From contig CACYCJ010000270.1 in assembly GCA_902772925.1 (NCBI GenBank), positions 3,498-67,497 on the forward strand: a DNA stretch of 64,000 nucleotides, read 5' to 3'. Below the pieces are notes generated by a model. That model saw only the letters and a list, made by a program, of their open reading frames with translations, made no database searches and was not told where the DNA came from. The position numbers and the translations under genes were made by a program. The DNA comes from an uncultured Lachnospiraceae bacterium (GTDB taxonomy: Bacteria > Bacillota > Clostridia > Lachnospirales > Lachnospiraceae). Numbering within the stretch: the stretch's first letter is position 1; each line of letters opens with the position of its first letter. Positions 44,663 to 54,532 of the stretch are shown here, one piece after another.

Positions 44663-46372
44663 ATGGCAGGTGGAAACTACGACAGATCGCAAGATAAATC
44701 ACAACTGAATCCGGCTGTTTCATACGCCTTTGCGCTCCAGGTGGAAGCTGCATTTTTTGTTCCTTTGCGGGCAGTCAGAGTTTTCACCAAGGAAAATGAG
44801 TTCGAATACTACCAGGAGGGTGGTGTTAATGACTATGTTCATATGCTCAGAAAGCCGATCACCAAGCCCTTCACATTCCAGGTTGAAAGATATGTAGGTG
44901 TTGACTCCGGTCTTTTCGGAACAGGGCTTTTGGATCCGCTTTCTCTTGGAACCGAGCTTGTTCTTCCGGTTGTTCTTTATGTAAACCGTAGTCCCGCAGG
45001 TAACTGGTATAAGAATATAAGCTTTACCAACTGTGCAAGAGCATATATTTTTACGGGTTGTACAGTAATCTCCAAGGAATACGGAGAATTGAACGCGGAG
45101 CAGAGTAAGCTGCATACGGAAACGGTAACTATCGCTTACAGAGAGCTTTTCACCATGAATCAGATAGCTACATCATGGGAGGCAGGAAGTCCTTGGGAAT
45201 ATGACGGTAGCGTTCAGGGCTCCGGCGAAGCACATACGAGTAATCGTAATAAAAATGTGTCTAATCCCATGAGTAAATGGAATTATCCGGGCACCGACGA
45301 AAAGACCGTAAGTGTAGATCACGAAAGCAACAGAAGTAAAAATACGGCAGCGGCCATGAGTAAATGGAATTTCCCCGGCTCAAAGGAAACAACAACCAGT
45401 ATTGATCATGACCTTAACCGCAGCAAAAATGATAAGCCGGATGTAAGTAAATGGAACTTCCCCGGTTCAAAGGAAACGACAACAAGTACGGATCATACAG
45501 AGAATCGTAATACCAATACAAAACCGACAGTGAGCAAATGGAATTATCCCGGTTCAAAGGAAACAACAACCAGTGTTGATCATGCCGAAAACCGTAATAC
45601 CAATACTAAGCCGGCAATGAGTAAATGGAATTATCCGGGCACATCCGAAACAACAGCAAGTACGGACCATAACCTCAACCGGAGCACCAATACAAAACCT
45701 ACAGTGAGCAAATGGAATTATCCCGGTTCAAAAGAAACAACAAACAGTACGGATCATACCGGAAACCGTAATACCAATACTAAGCCGACAGTGAGCAAAT
45801 GGAATTATCCGGGTTCAAAGGAAACAACGGCCAGTACGGATCATGCCGAAAACCGTAATACAAATACAAAGCCGGCTATGAGCAAATGGAATTATCCGGG
45901 AACAAGCGAAACAAACGCCAGTGTTGAGCATACAGGAAACCGGAATTCCAATACAAAGCCGACTGCCAGCAAATGGAATTATCCGGGCTCTTCGGAAACA
46001 ACGTTCAGTACGGATCATGACATGAACCGTAACAAGAACAGCAAGCCGGATGTCAGCAAATGGAATTACCCGGGAACAAACGAACCGACTGTAAGTACGG
46101 ACCATTCGTCAAACAGAAATACGAATGTAAAGCCGGCTGTAAGTAAATGGAATTATCCCGGAGCACCTGATGCTACGCCGAGTACCGATCATTCCCTTAA
46201 CAGAAGCAGTAATGTTAAGCAGGATCCCAGCAAGTGGAATTATCCCGGTACATCCGAAACTTCGATAAGCGTGGATCACTCGCTCAACCGTAACAAAAAC
46301 GAAAAACCTGCGGTTGTAAAATGGCCTGATGACAGGAGGGCGCTGAAGGCCCAGGCGCTTTCTGAATTATGA
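44663..46372 (+). CDS. Second tail tube protein (Afp5-like) with a long C-terminal repeat extension
   Basis: YQEGGVNDYVHML, FQVERYV, YGELNA and ETVTIAYREL motifs, followed by twelve 29-aa repeats. Confidence 0.85.
   Translation: MAGGNYDRSQDKSQLNPAVSYAFALQVEAAFFVPLRAVRVFTKENEFEYYQEGGVNDYVHMLRKPITKPFTFQVERYVGVDSGLFGTGLLDPLSLGTELVLPVVLYVNRSPAGNWYKNISFTNCARAYIFTGCTVISKEYGELNAEQSKLHTETVTIAYRELFTMNQIATSWEAGSPWEYDGSVQGSGEAHTSNRNKNVSNPMSKWNYPGTDEKTVSVDHESNRSKNTAAAMSKWNFPGSKETTTSIDHDLNRSKNDKPDVSKWNFPGSKETTTSTDHTENRNTNTKPTVSKWNYPGSKETTTSVDHAENRNTNTKPAMSKWNYPGTSETTASTDHNLNRSTNTKPTVSKWNYPGSKETTNSTDHTGNRNTNTKPTVSKWNYPGSKETTASTDHAENRNTNTKPAMSKWNYPGTSETNASVEHTGNRNSNTKPTASKWNYPGSSETTFSTDHDMNRNKNSKPDVSKWNYPGTNEPTVSTDHSSNRNTNVKPAVSKWNYPGAPDATPSTDHSLNRSSNVKQDPSKWNYPGTSETSISVDHSLNRNKNEKPAVVKWPDDRRALKAQALSEL
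45272..46315 (+). repeat. Twelve in-frame 87-bp tandem repeats (SKWNYPGSxETTxSxDHxxNRNxNxKPxx)
   Basis: ag(t/c)aa(a/g)tggaa recurs every 87 bp from 45272. Confidence 0.95.
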
Positions 46373-49300
46373 TTACCTTAAAGGCACCGATCGGGCTCAA
46401 GGTCAGAACCGATTACATGCAGGGTTATGATTCCTTCGGTGAGAGGATAATCGGTAATTATTCTCTTATGGGGCTCGAGATCGGAGAGGAAGAGCTTTTA
46501 CATATGGTAAGTGAGCCGCCTGAAATATATCTGGCGGAAGCCGGCTCTACTACTATCGGCGGTAACACATTTGTATCGAACAGAAACGAAGAAAAATTTG
46601 ATATAGTAAATAATATGCTTAACCGTATCCTTGTATCAGTGAACTCAGAGCTGACCTATCAGGACAGAACCTATATTACGGATGCTCTTTACAAGCTGGG
46701 GATCAAGGATGACAGGAAGTTTATGAATGAGGTCAGAAGGATGATAAATCAGTCTAATCTCGAAGAGGACTTCCTGAATAACTACATCGAAATGAGAATT
46801 TCCGGTGAAAGCAGAGAACTGAGGGAAAGAACCTTAGAGCTCACAAAGGAGCTTGTTGAAAGGAATCTGTATGAACCCGAGAGTGAAAGAGAGGATTTCC
46901 TCAGTGAGAGGATAATGCACAGACTTCAGACGGGTGCCATATATCAGATAGTATCGAATTTCAACAAAAGTCTTTCTGATACCAGGATTGAAATGCAGGA
47001 GAGCATGATATCCGAACAGGAAAATGTGGCAAAGAAAATGCTTGTCCAGCATTTCCTTAATTCCGTGGTCCGTGAAAATCCGGAGCTTATCCATAGGGAA
47101 GAAAGACCGGAGTCGGAAGATATTGAAAGGATTATCTACGAAAGAGAGACTGACGGAAGGATCAGGGGTGAAGCCGAAACAGTTCTTCGCGAGAAGGACA
47201 GCGAGTACCGCGAAACAAAGGAAAGAGAATATCGGGAATCCGAGCAGTACTTAACCGAGAAGGAAAGAGAGCTTTATACTGAGCGTGAATCAGCGGAAAT
47301 GATCCTCCGCGAAGAATCTCGTGATGAGTATTATAAGGAAGGTTATCCCGGTGAAGCTTCCGAAGCAAAGAAAGAACAAGATGTCGCAAGAGGAAGCGAA
47401 GCTATAACCGGTCAGTCCGGTGAAAGAAGCATTCCGGAGGGACAGGCTGCAGAAGGCAGGACTGTTATCCGTGAAGCTGCCCCGGAAAGGGAAAGCGAAG
47501 GCGGCCCTGAAAAAACAGGACAGGAAGTTCCTTCATACGGCGAAAAGGAAAGATATTCAGAGGAAAGGATCCTTTCTTCGGAAGAAAGAAGCACTGAATA
47601 TACACATGACCGTACCGAGAGATATGTTACGGAGCAGCAGGGCTATCCCTCTGAAAGTACCTTTGAAAGCAGCGAAATTGTATATCGTGAGGAAAAGGCA
47701 GCATCAGAAGCAGGCGGTGAGGATGTTGTTTCTGCCGAAAGATTAACTGAAACAGAAAGACTTGAAAGAGAGCGACTCAGAGAAAGCGAAAAGGTCAGGC
47801 TTGAAAGAGAAAGAAGCCTGCAAAGAGAAGAGCTTTTATCTGAGGTTCGTACCGAGCTTAAGGATATACAGGATGCTTCGATAAGAGAAGCATCGGAAAC
47901 CAAGACTCCCGAGACACCGATCGGTGGAGATGTATCCGTATCCTCCGAGGTTATATACCGTGAGGCTGATAGAAAAATTGCGGGTGCAGAGCAGCTTCCG
48001 GGAGAGATCGTAGAGAGGACTTCCGAGGAAAGGACATCCTCTACAGTCGAAAGAAGCACAGAGGAAAGACTTGAAAAAACCGAAAGATATGTAACGGAGA
48101 GTCAGGAGATTCCCGAAAGAACCGAATACGAAAGAAGCGAGATCGTATATCGTGAGGAAGGTACGGCTCCCGGGGCAGAGGATGAATACAGTGCTGCATT
48201 TGAAAGGTTAAAACAGACCGAAAGAGTCGAAAGAGAACGCATTAACGAAAGAGAGCGTCTCAGACTTGAAAGAGAAAGAAAATTACAAAGCGATAAGCTT
48301 TTATCCGAGGTTCGTACCGAGGTCAGAGAGCAGCAGGAAGCATCAGAAAGAGAAGCTTCAAGAACCGATGCGTCTGAAGCTAAACAGGGAGGAATGACTC
48401 CCGTTTCTTCCGAGGTTATATATCGTGAGGGTGAAAGCCGTACATTAGTTACGGAGCAGATTCCCGGAGAAACCGTAGAGAAAACTTCTGAGGAGAGAAT
48501 TACCTCCACTCATGAAAGAAGCAGTGAGGAAAGACTCGAAAGTACCGAAAGGTATGTGACGGAGAGCCGTGAGGTTCCCACCAGAACCGAATATGAAAGA
48601 AGCGAGATCGTATATCGTGAGGAAGGGGCAGCAGCCGAAGCTGAAGGAGAAAGTGAAGTATCTCCTGGACCCGAAAGAGAAACACAGAGACTCGAAAGGG
48701 ATCGTTACCACGAAAGTACTCAGACCGAAAAGGAAAGAGAAAGAAGCTTTACAAAAGAAGAGCTTATTTCCGAAATTCGTTCAGAGGTAAGTGCTGCGGG
48801 AGAACCTTCGGAACAGACACGGTCAGAAAGACCCGGGGAGGGAAGAACCGAAACCCGTACACAATTTGAAAGTACCGAAAGAATCTATCGTGAGAGTCCT
48901 GAGATTAAGGGCGAGAATGCTGAGTATCCCGAAGGTATTACAAGGGAAGTTCGGGAAGAGATCATTCGTGAAGGAGAAAGAACCTACAGCCGTGACCTTT
49001 ATGAAAGAGAAAGAAGCACTTCATCCGAGAGCAGGACAACCGAGCTTCGAAGGGAGCTTAAGGAACAGCTCTTATCTGAGACTGAGAGGACTTTGCAGCA
49101 GGGGACACAGGTTTATCCCGAAGGAAATAAGGAATATTCCGAGGCTGAGATAGTATACAGAAGAGAAAAAGGAGACAGCGAAGGAGAAGCTCTTTCCGAA
49201 GAAGCTATACGAAATGTTATCCGTGAGACTAACGAGAAAGAAAGAGAACGGATAACCGAGCGTGAGCGATCAGAGAGAGAAAGAAGCAGAGAAGAGTCAA

Positions 49301-50655
49301 GAGACAGGACTGTTTCAGAGGTAAGAACCGAGCAAAGAGAAAGGGAATTTTCCGAGAGGAAAACTTTTGAAACAGCCGGTGAAAAGGGGGAGCCCGGTTC
49401 CGAAAGGACATATGAAAGATCCGAGTTTGTAAGAAGCGAGCGTACCGTAACACCTCCCACGAGTGAGGTTCGTAGTGAACACGAAAAAACAGAGCTTATA
49501 TACCGTGAAGAAGCTAAGCCCTTTGAAGAGGAAGCAATTTCAAAAGGAACCGGAAGAAAGACGGCTTCAGGCAGAGAATTTGTCAGGGAGAGCATCTACG
49601 AAAGGGAGCTTTTCGAGAAGAATCTTTCAAAGGAAGAGCTTACCAGAGAGATTACGGCTGCGGTTTTGCTTGATGTTGTAAAAAACCTTTTCTATGTCGG
49701 ATACGACAGGATAAATAAGGGTGATACATGGATTGAATACAGAGGAGCTCTATATCAGGCTTCCGAAAATGTATTTAACCGAATTAATTATGATACATCT
49801 TCAAGGATTTCAACTTCGATTACCGAACAGGCGGAGTATAATGAGACAAATGATATAGAACAGGTATCGTTGGAAGAGCTTGAAGAGATAACCGAAAATG
49901 TAGCAGAAGTCGAGACCATCGAGCGTACCATCAGAGAGATGAATGAAATGAATCTTCAGAATGTGGAACGCTATGAGAAGATGCTTGGTGTTTTACAGAA
50001 GCTGAGTCCCGAAAAGAACAGGACAGGCGGAAGGGAAAGAACCAGACAGGAAGCACTTTCGCTGCTTGATAATGAGCAGGAATTATATGAAAGCTTAAGA
50101 AAAGGCTCAGGCGAAGCGGAAGATGACCGGAGAGAGGTTTTCCGTGAGATAACAAGGCTTTTCCCTGACAGCTCGGTTGAAGTATTCCGTGTGATCGATC
50201 AGTATCTGGACGGAAATCTGACACCGGAGAAGATCGGCATTTCAAGAAATAATGTGGAAGAGGCCGCAGAAGAGATAAGGCGTATAACTGATTCGTCACA
50301 GGTTAAGACCGAGCCGGTAGTCGAGCAGACTCAGATGCAGTCAAGTGAGATGGTCTTCAGACGGAGCGAGAGGATGTCTCAGGAAGAACTTGAAGAGGTT
50401 ATAGAGAATATCCGAAGGACGACAGACAGACAGAAAAATGCTACTGAACAAAGACAGGAAATTACGGAAAATGTAAAAAGCAACATTCGGACTGTTAATA
50501 CCAACGCCGAAAGAACTCTCAGTCGTCAGGAAACAGAGGATATTGAGGAGCTGGTAAGCAGAGGCGTTCGTGCACAGATGGGCGCTATTTCGGAGCAGGT
50601 TCTTCAGAAGCTGGAAAAAAAGCTTCGAAATGAAAAAGCAAGAAGAGGCATTTAA
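46369..50655 (+). CDS. Very large Glu/Arg-rich CIS protein (tape-measure-like position)
   Basis: 1428 aa with 155-aa internal repeats. The C-terminus ISEQVLQKLEKKLRNEKARRGI resembles the ...LxxERERRG end of eCIS proteins encoded just before the tube initiator. Confidence 0.65.
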   Translation: MITLKAPIGLKVRTDYMQGYDSFGERIIGNYSLMGLEIGEEELLHMVSEPPEIYLAEAGSTTIGGNTFVSNRNEEKFDIVNNMLNRILVSVNSELTYQDRTYITDALYKLGIKDDRKFMNEVRRMINQSNLEEDFLNNYIEMRISGESRELRERTLELTKELVERNLYEPESEREDFLSERIMHRLQTGAIYQIVSNFNKSLSDTRIEMQESMISEQENVAKKMLVQHFLNSVVRENPELIHREERPESEDIERIIYERETDGRIRGEAETVLREKDSEYRETKEREYRESEQYLTEKERELYTERESAEMILREESRDEYYKEGYPGEASEAKKEQDVARGSEAITGQSGERSIPEGQAAEGRTVIREAAPERESEGGPEKTGQEVPSYGEKERYSEERILSSEERSTEYTHDRTERYVTEQQGYPSESTFESSEIVYREEKAASEAGGEDVVSAERLTETERLERERLRESEKVRLERERSLQREELLSEVRTELKDIQDASIREASETKTPETPIGGDVSVSSEVIYREADRKIAGAEQLPGEIVERTSEERTSSTVERSTEERLEKTERYVTESQEIPERTEYERSEIVYREEGTAPGAEDEYSAAFERLKQTERVERERINERERLRLERERKLQSDKLLSEVRTEVREQQEASEREASRTDASEAKQGGMTPVSSEVIYREGESRTLVTEQIPGETVEKTSEERITSTHERSSEERLESTERYVTESREVPTRTEYERSEIVYREEGAAAEAEGESEVSPGPERETQRLERDRYHESTQTEKERERSFTKEELISEIRSEVSAAGEPSEQTRSERPGEGRTETRTQFESTERIYRESPEIKGENAEYPEGITREVREEIIREGERTYSRDLYERERSTSSESRTTELRRELKEQLLSETERTLQQGTQVYPEGNKEYSEAEIVYRREKGDSEGEALSEEAIRNVIRETNEKERERITERERSERERSREESRDRTVSEVRTEQREREFSERKTFETAGEKGEPGSERTYERSEFVRSERTVTPPTSEVRSEHEKTELIYREEAKPFEEEAISKGTGRKTASGREFVRESIYERELFEKNLSKEELTREITAAVLLDVVKNLFYVGYDRINKGDTWIEYRGALYQASENVFNRINYDTSSRISTSITEQAEYNETNDIEQVSLEELEEITENVAEVETIERTIREMNEMNLQNVERYEKMLGVLQKLSPEKNRTGGRERTRQEALSLLDNEQELYESLRKGSGEAEDDRREVFREITRLFPDSSVEVFRVIDQYLDGNLTPEKIGISRNNVEEAAEEIRRITDSSQVKTEPVVEQTQMQSSEMVFRRSERMSQEELEEVIENIRRTTDRQKNATEQRQEITENVKSNIRTVNTNAERTLSRQETEDIEELVSRGVRAQMGAISEQVLQKLEKKLRNEKARRGI
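47617..48800 (+). repeat. 465-bp (155-aa) diverged tandem duplication, about 2.5 copies
   Basis: ERYVTE starts at 47617, 48082 and 48547, each followed by SEIVYREE and (L/I)SE(V/I)R. Confidence 0.85.
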
Positions 50656-50674
50656 AATGAAAGGTATTTGACGG

Positions 50675-51550
50675 ATGGAATTCGGAAAGGCATTACAAAA
50701 CTTATCGGGAAGTGTCACAGGCAATGTCTGCAAGGCCATTCTTTGCGTCAGAGCCGTTGAAGATTCGAAGATAGATCAAAAGGACGATGAGGGAATCGAT
50801 GCCATGGGGGCATCCATGCAGAGCGCAATAACTGATGTGGTCGATCTTGACAAGAAGCTGAAGGCCCGTGCAGAAAAATCTCTCGCAGGGAAGAAGGTAG
50901 CAAATCTTGACGAGATTGCCGACATAGCTAATCAGAAAAGCTACATTGCTCTGGAGGTACAGTTTAATCCGACATCACTCAGATTGGAAACCTCCGCAGG
51001 TCGTCAGCTGAATTACGACGGAGGTTCGGGTAATGTCGAGCTGAAACAGTTCAGAGCACCTTCATCTACATCACTCAGTATGGAGCTTCTGTTTGATGAT
51101 GTATATAACAATGAAGCCTTCGGAAGCGGTGACAGTCCGATATCCGGTAAGGGCGTGGTAAATATGGTCGATGCCGGTTTTAACGGCAAAAAGGAACATT
51201 CCGTTATGCGTGTGATGGAAGGACTTCTTTCACTTCTTGCTATTCCCGCCGCAAGACAGGTTATCTTTTTCTGGGGAAATATGAGCTTCCGTGGAGAGGT
51301 TACCGAGGTTGATGAAAAATATACGATGTTCAATAAGAAAGGGCAGCCGATCCGAGGCACAGTTCATCTGAACATCAGACAGGGTGATGCATCTGCCGAT
51401 GCTATGCTGGAGGATTTGGCGTTTCGTTATGATGATGCGTATTGGGAAGATGCATTTGATGATACGTTCCAGGCACCGGGAGGCGGAGGAGGCCTGCTGG
51501 ATACCATGAACAGTTATACCAATAACAGCTTATTAAATTTGAAGCTATAG
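50675..51550 (+). CDS. CIS tube-initiator protein (Afp7/P2 gpU-like), no LysM
   Basis: EVQFNPTSL, LSMELLFD, VIFFWGNMSFRG and YTMFNKKGQPIRGTV motifs. Confidence 0.85.
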   Translation: MEFGKALQNLSGSVTGNVCKAILCVRAVEDSKIDQKDDEGIDAMGASMQSAITDVVDLDKKLKARAEKSLAGKKVANLDEIADIANQKSYIALEVQFNPTSLRLETSAGRQLNYDGGSGNVELKQFRAPSSTSLSMELLFDDVYNNEAFGSGDSPISGKGVVNMVDAGFNGKKEHSVMRVMEGLLSLLAIPAARQVIFFWGNMSFRGEVTEVDEKYTMFNKKGQPIRGTVHLNIRQGDASADAMLEDLAFRYDDAYWEDAFDDTFQAPGGGGGLLDTMNSYTNNSLLNLKL

Positions 51551-51560
51551 AGGTGATCTT

Positions 51561-52424
51561 ATGGGATTAACTGATGCATTGTCGGTTGTCGGAAGCTCGA
51601 CTTCGTATACAACCAATACCGAAAAAGCAATTATAGAAATAATCGATCTCAGAGACCGTGAAGTAAAACTTGATGATTCCGTAAAGATAGTAGGAAACGG
51701 CGCTTCTATCGGAAGCTTTACAGGCTCTGCGGGTGCGGGCTCATTTATCAGCAGCGGCATAATCGCCGATGTAGTCGGAAAAATATCAGGAGTAAAGGGT
51801 AATACACTTAAGGCGTCCTACATTGAAGAGCTTGCCTCCAACAGAAAGCTGTTTACGGTGCAGTTTAATCCATCCAGCATTTCATTTTCGGGACATGCGG
51901 GTGGTATGGTCGCTGCTATCGATTATAACAGCAGAAAGAATGAAGGCGCGTCATATAAGCCGGCTAATACGACTATAAGTATGTCAGTCAGTCTTTTGTT
52001 TGACGCCATGGATCCGCAGGATGCTTTTATGGATGATAAAGCAAATCTGTCGTTGACAAATGTAGGAAAGGGCGTTGCAAAAGGAGCACTTTCGGTGACA
52101 GGTAATAAGAAGACCTCCGTGCAGAAGGAGGTTGAAGGCTTTGTCGGGGCCCTCAGAAACCGTGATACGAGACTTGTAACATTCCATTGGGGTGATTTTA
52201 ATTACTCGGGAGTTCTCAACCGTATATCTGCGGAATATACGATGTTTAATTCGGTAGGCGAACCTGTAAGGGCAAATGTCGGAATCACCATAATGTGTGC
52301 CGATGCGGAGCTTTGGCCGAATTCACTTGGTGTATGGCAGCAGCGTTATAAGGATTCATTTGAATACGGAAACGAAAGCTTCAAGGATAAAGCACAGTCA
52401 ATCGGTAGTTTAATTAATCTTTAA
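51561..52424 (+). CDS. Second CIS tube-initiator paralogue, no LysM
   Basis: TVQFNPSSI, MSVSLLFD, VTFHWGDFNYSG and YTMFNSVGEPVRANV motifs. Confidence 0.85.
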   Translation: MGLTDALSVVGSSTSYTTNTEKAIIEIIDLRDREVKLDDSVKIVGNGASIGSFTGSAGAGSFISSGIIADVVGKISGVKGNTLKASYIEELASNRKLFTVQFNPSSISFSGHAGGMVAAIDYNSRKNEGASYKPANTTISMSVSLLFDAMDPQDAFMDDKANLSLTNVGKGVAKGALSVTGNKKTSVQKEVEGFVGALRNRDTRLVTFHWGDFNYSGVLNRISAEYTMFNSVGEPVRANVGITIMCADAELWPNSLGVWQQRYKDSFEYGNESFKDKAQSIGSLINL

Positions 52425-52453
52425 TTAATCTTTGATTAATCTTTGATAAAAAT

Positions 52454-53608
52454 ATGGCAGATTTTGAATTTAAAAACTTAAAAAAAACATATGAAAACTT
52501 CAGAGAACCGAAGGCGGCTATCAAGATCGACGGCACAGAGCTTGACTCAAAATCGGGACTGGCCGTGACAGGGGTTGAGATCGAGCTGACTGCAGGCTAT
52601 GAGGCATCTATTGCGACCGTTACACTTGCAGGTGCCTATGATCCGAATTCCAAATGCTTTGATATAAAAAAGGTAAAGCAGTATCTTTACCTGGGCTCAT
52701 CTGTTGTTGTATATCTCGGCTATGCCACATCGGTACGAGAAGTCTTCAGAGGCTTTATCGCCAAGGTTCATTTTATAGTACCGGATGATTCCGGTGCCGA
52801 TATGCCGTGCATTGAGCTGACATGTATGGATGTCAAGGGTCTGATGATGGCTAACCGTCATTCGAAAAGGCTTAAGGCTCAGAACTACGGTGATGCGGTT
52901 AAGGAGATACTTGAATCTTATCCGGTATTTTCATCCGGTCTCGGCGGTTCGGGCTTTATGGAGATGAATGTCGGGAATACGCCCGATAAATCCGCAGGCG
53001 GCGGAGGCGGAGAGACAAACGATAAGAGAGTTGAGATGGTTGAAGAGAGTGACTATGAATTTATAGTCAAGGCAGCCAAAAGATATAATTTCGAATTCTT
53101 TGCTGTCGGAGATACACTTTATTTTATCGAGGCGAAGAAAAATACAACTCCGCTTATCGTTCTTAAGCCCAATACCGGACTTCAGAACATAGATGTGGGC
53201 TATGATATGACCGGTCTTGTAAAAGAGGTTGTAGTCCGTAACATAGATATGGCTCAGGGTAAGTATATCGGAAATAAAACGAAGTTTACCAATAAGATTT
53301 CCCTCGGCAACAAGGCTAAGTCACTTATAGATAAGCAATCACTCGTTTATATAGACCCGACGACGGACAGTAAGGAGGAAGCAGGCTACAGGGCTTCCTA
53401 TCTTATGGAAACGATAGGATACCGGCTCGGAAGCGTAGTCGGCGAGTATCTCGGAATGCCGGAAATAGTACCGGGAAGGTTTATATCCATAGAAGGCTTC
53501 GGTACGCCGCTTAATAATGAGTATTATCTGACAACTGTAAGGCATATCCTTCAAAGAGGCGATTACCGCACGGTATTTGAAGGCTGCGCAAATAAGATCG
53601 GTTCGTGA
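52454..53608 (+). CDS. Phage late-control D / VgrG gp27-like spike hub
   Basis: VYLGY...VFRGFI, ESDYEFIVKAAKRYNFEFF, GMPEIVPG...YYLTTVRH motifs. Confidence 0.9.
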   Translation: MADFEFKNLKKTYENFREPKAAIKIDGTELDSKSGLAVTGVEIELTAGYEASIATVTLAGAYDPNSKCFDIKKVKQYLYLGSSVVVYLGYATSVREVFRGFIAKVHFIVPDDSGADMPCIELTCMDVKGLMMANRHSKRLKAQNYGDAVKEILESYPVFSSGLGGSGFMEMNVGNTPDKSAGGGGGETNDKRVEMVEESDYEFIVKAAKRYNFEFFAVGDTLYFIEAKKNTTPLIVLKPNTGLQNIDVGYDMTGLVKEVVVRNIDMAQGKYIGNKTKFTNKISLGNKAKSLIDKQSLVYIDPTTDSKEEAGYRASYLMETIGYRLGSVVGEYLGMPEIVPGRFISIEGFGTPLNNEYYLTTVRHILQRGDYRTVFEGCANKIGS

Positions 53609-53647
53609 TGATACATTTTTAAAATAAACTATAAAAGGAATCAGAAG

Positions 53648-54523
53648 ATGGCGATATTTGATATCATAGAGGATGTTTCAAAGAAAAATGTGGAAAAGAC
53701 CGATACCGGTGACTCCCGTATCATGGGCATAATGCTCGGCAAGGTTGTAAAAAACTATGATGATAATATGCCCGGGTATGTTTCCGTAGTACTGCTTTCA
53801 AGAGAGCAGGGTGAGGGCGGTGAAGGAAGTGAATCCGATAATACCCGGCTTCTCTGGGCGAGAGTCGTAATGCCTTCATCAGGCGGGTCATGGGGTCATT
53901 ACTTTATACCCGAGATCGGTGATCTCGTAGTTGTCGCATTTGAAGAAGGAAATATCGAGAGGGCTTATATCATAGGATGTATTCCCAAGACAAAGGACAA
54001 GATACTGACGGGTTCAAAGGACGAAAAGAACCGCTTTAAAAAGATTGTCACCAAGAACGGAAATGCCATTATCTTCGAGGATGTAATAGAGGGTGACGAA
54101 GGCGGCGGAGGCGGCGGAGGCAACCCCGGTGAACAGGATATAATGACCATAAGGACCGCACTTGAAACCCACCGCATCGTGCTTAATAATGAAAAGAAAT
54201 TTATCGAGATTTCCGATAAGGAAGCAAACAATTATATCAAGATAAATACGGATCCCGAAAAAGGGAATATAGATATAAAGACAAGCAAAAAGCTGACTGT
54301 AAATGTAGGCGATAACATTTCACTTATTATGAACGGAGAAACCGGACAGGTAAACCTTAAGGCGAAGAAGGTTAATATCTCCGCAGATGATTCGATCAAT
54401 ATGGAAAGTCAGGGCAAGGCTCAGTTCACAGGCTCAAATGTAACCGTTGAGGGAAGCGGAAGCATGAAGCTGTCCAGCAGCGGAAGAGTTGAGGTGTCCG
54501 GCTTGCCTATCAAGCTTGGGTAG
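53648..54523 (+). CDS. gp5/VgrG C-part (OB-fold plus beta-helix spike)
   Basis: WARVVMPSSGGSWGHYFIPEIGDLVVVAFEEG, TKNGNAIIFED and beta-strand repeats to the C-terminus. Confidence 0.92.
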   Translation: MAIFDIIEDVSKKNVEKTDTGDSRIMGIMLGKVVKNYDDNMPGYVSVVLLSREQGEGGEGSESDNTRLLWARVVMPSSGGSWGHYFIPEIGDLVVVAFEEGNIERAYIIGCIPKTKDKILTGSKDEKNRFKKIVTKNGNAIIFEDVIEGDEGGGGGGGNPGEQDIMTIRTALETHRIVLNNEKKFIEISDKEANNYIKINTDPEKGNIDIKTSKKLTVNVGDNISLIMNGETGQVNLKAKKVNISADDSINMESQGKAQFTGSNVTVEGSGSMKLSSSGRVEVSGLPIKLG

Positions 54524-54532
54524 GAGTTTATT

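Noticed and set aside
45272-46315. Regularly spaced conserved 20-mers with variable intervening sequence, resembling a CRISPR array
   Set aside because: The period is exactly 87 bp and in frame, the spacers are homologous to each other, variation is largely synonymous or conservative, and no cas genes are present.
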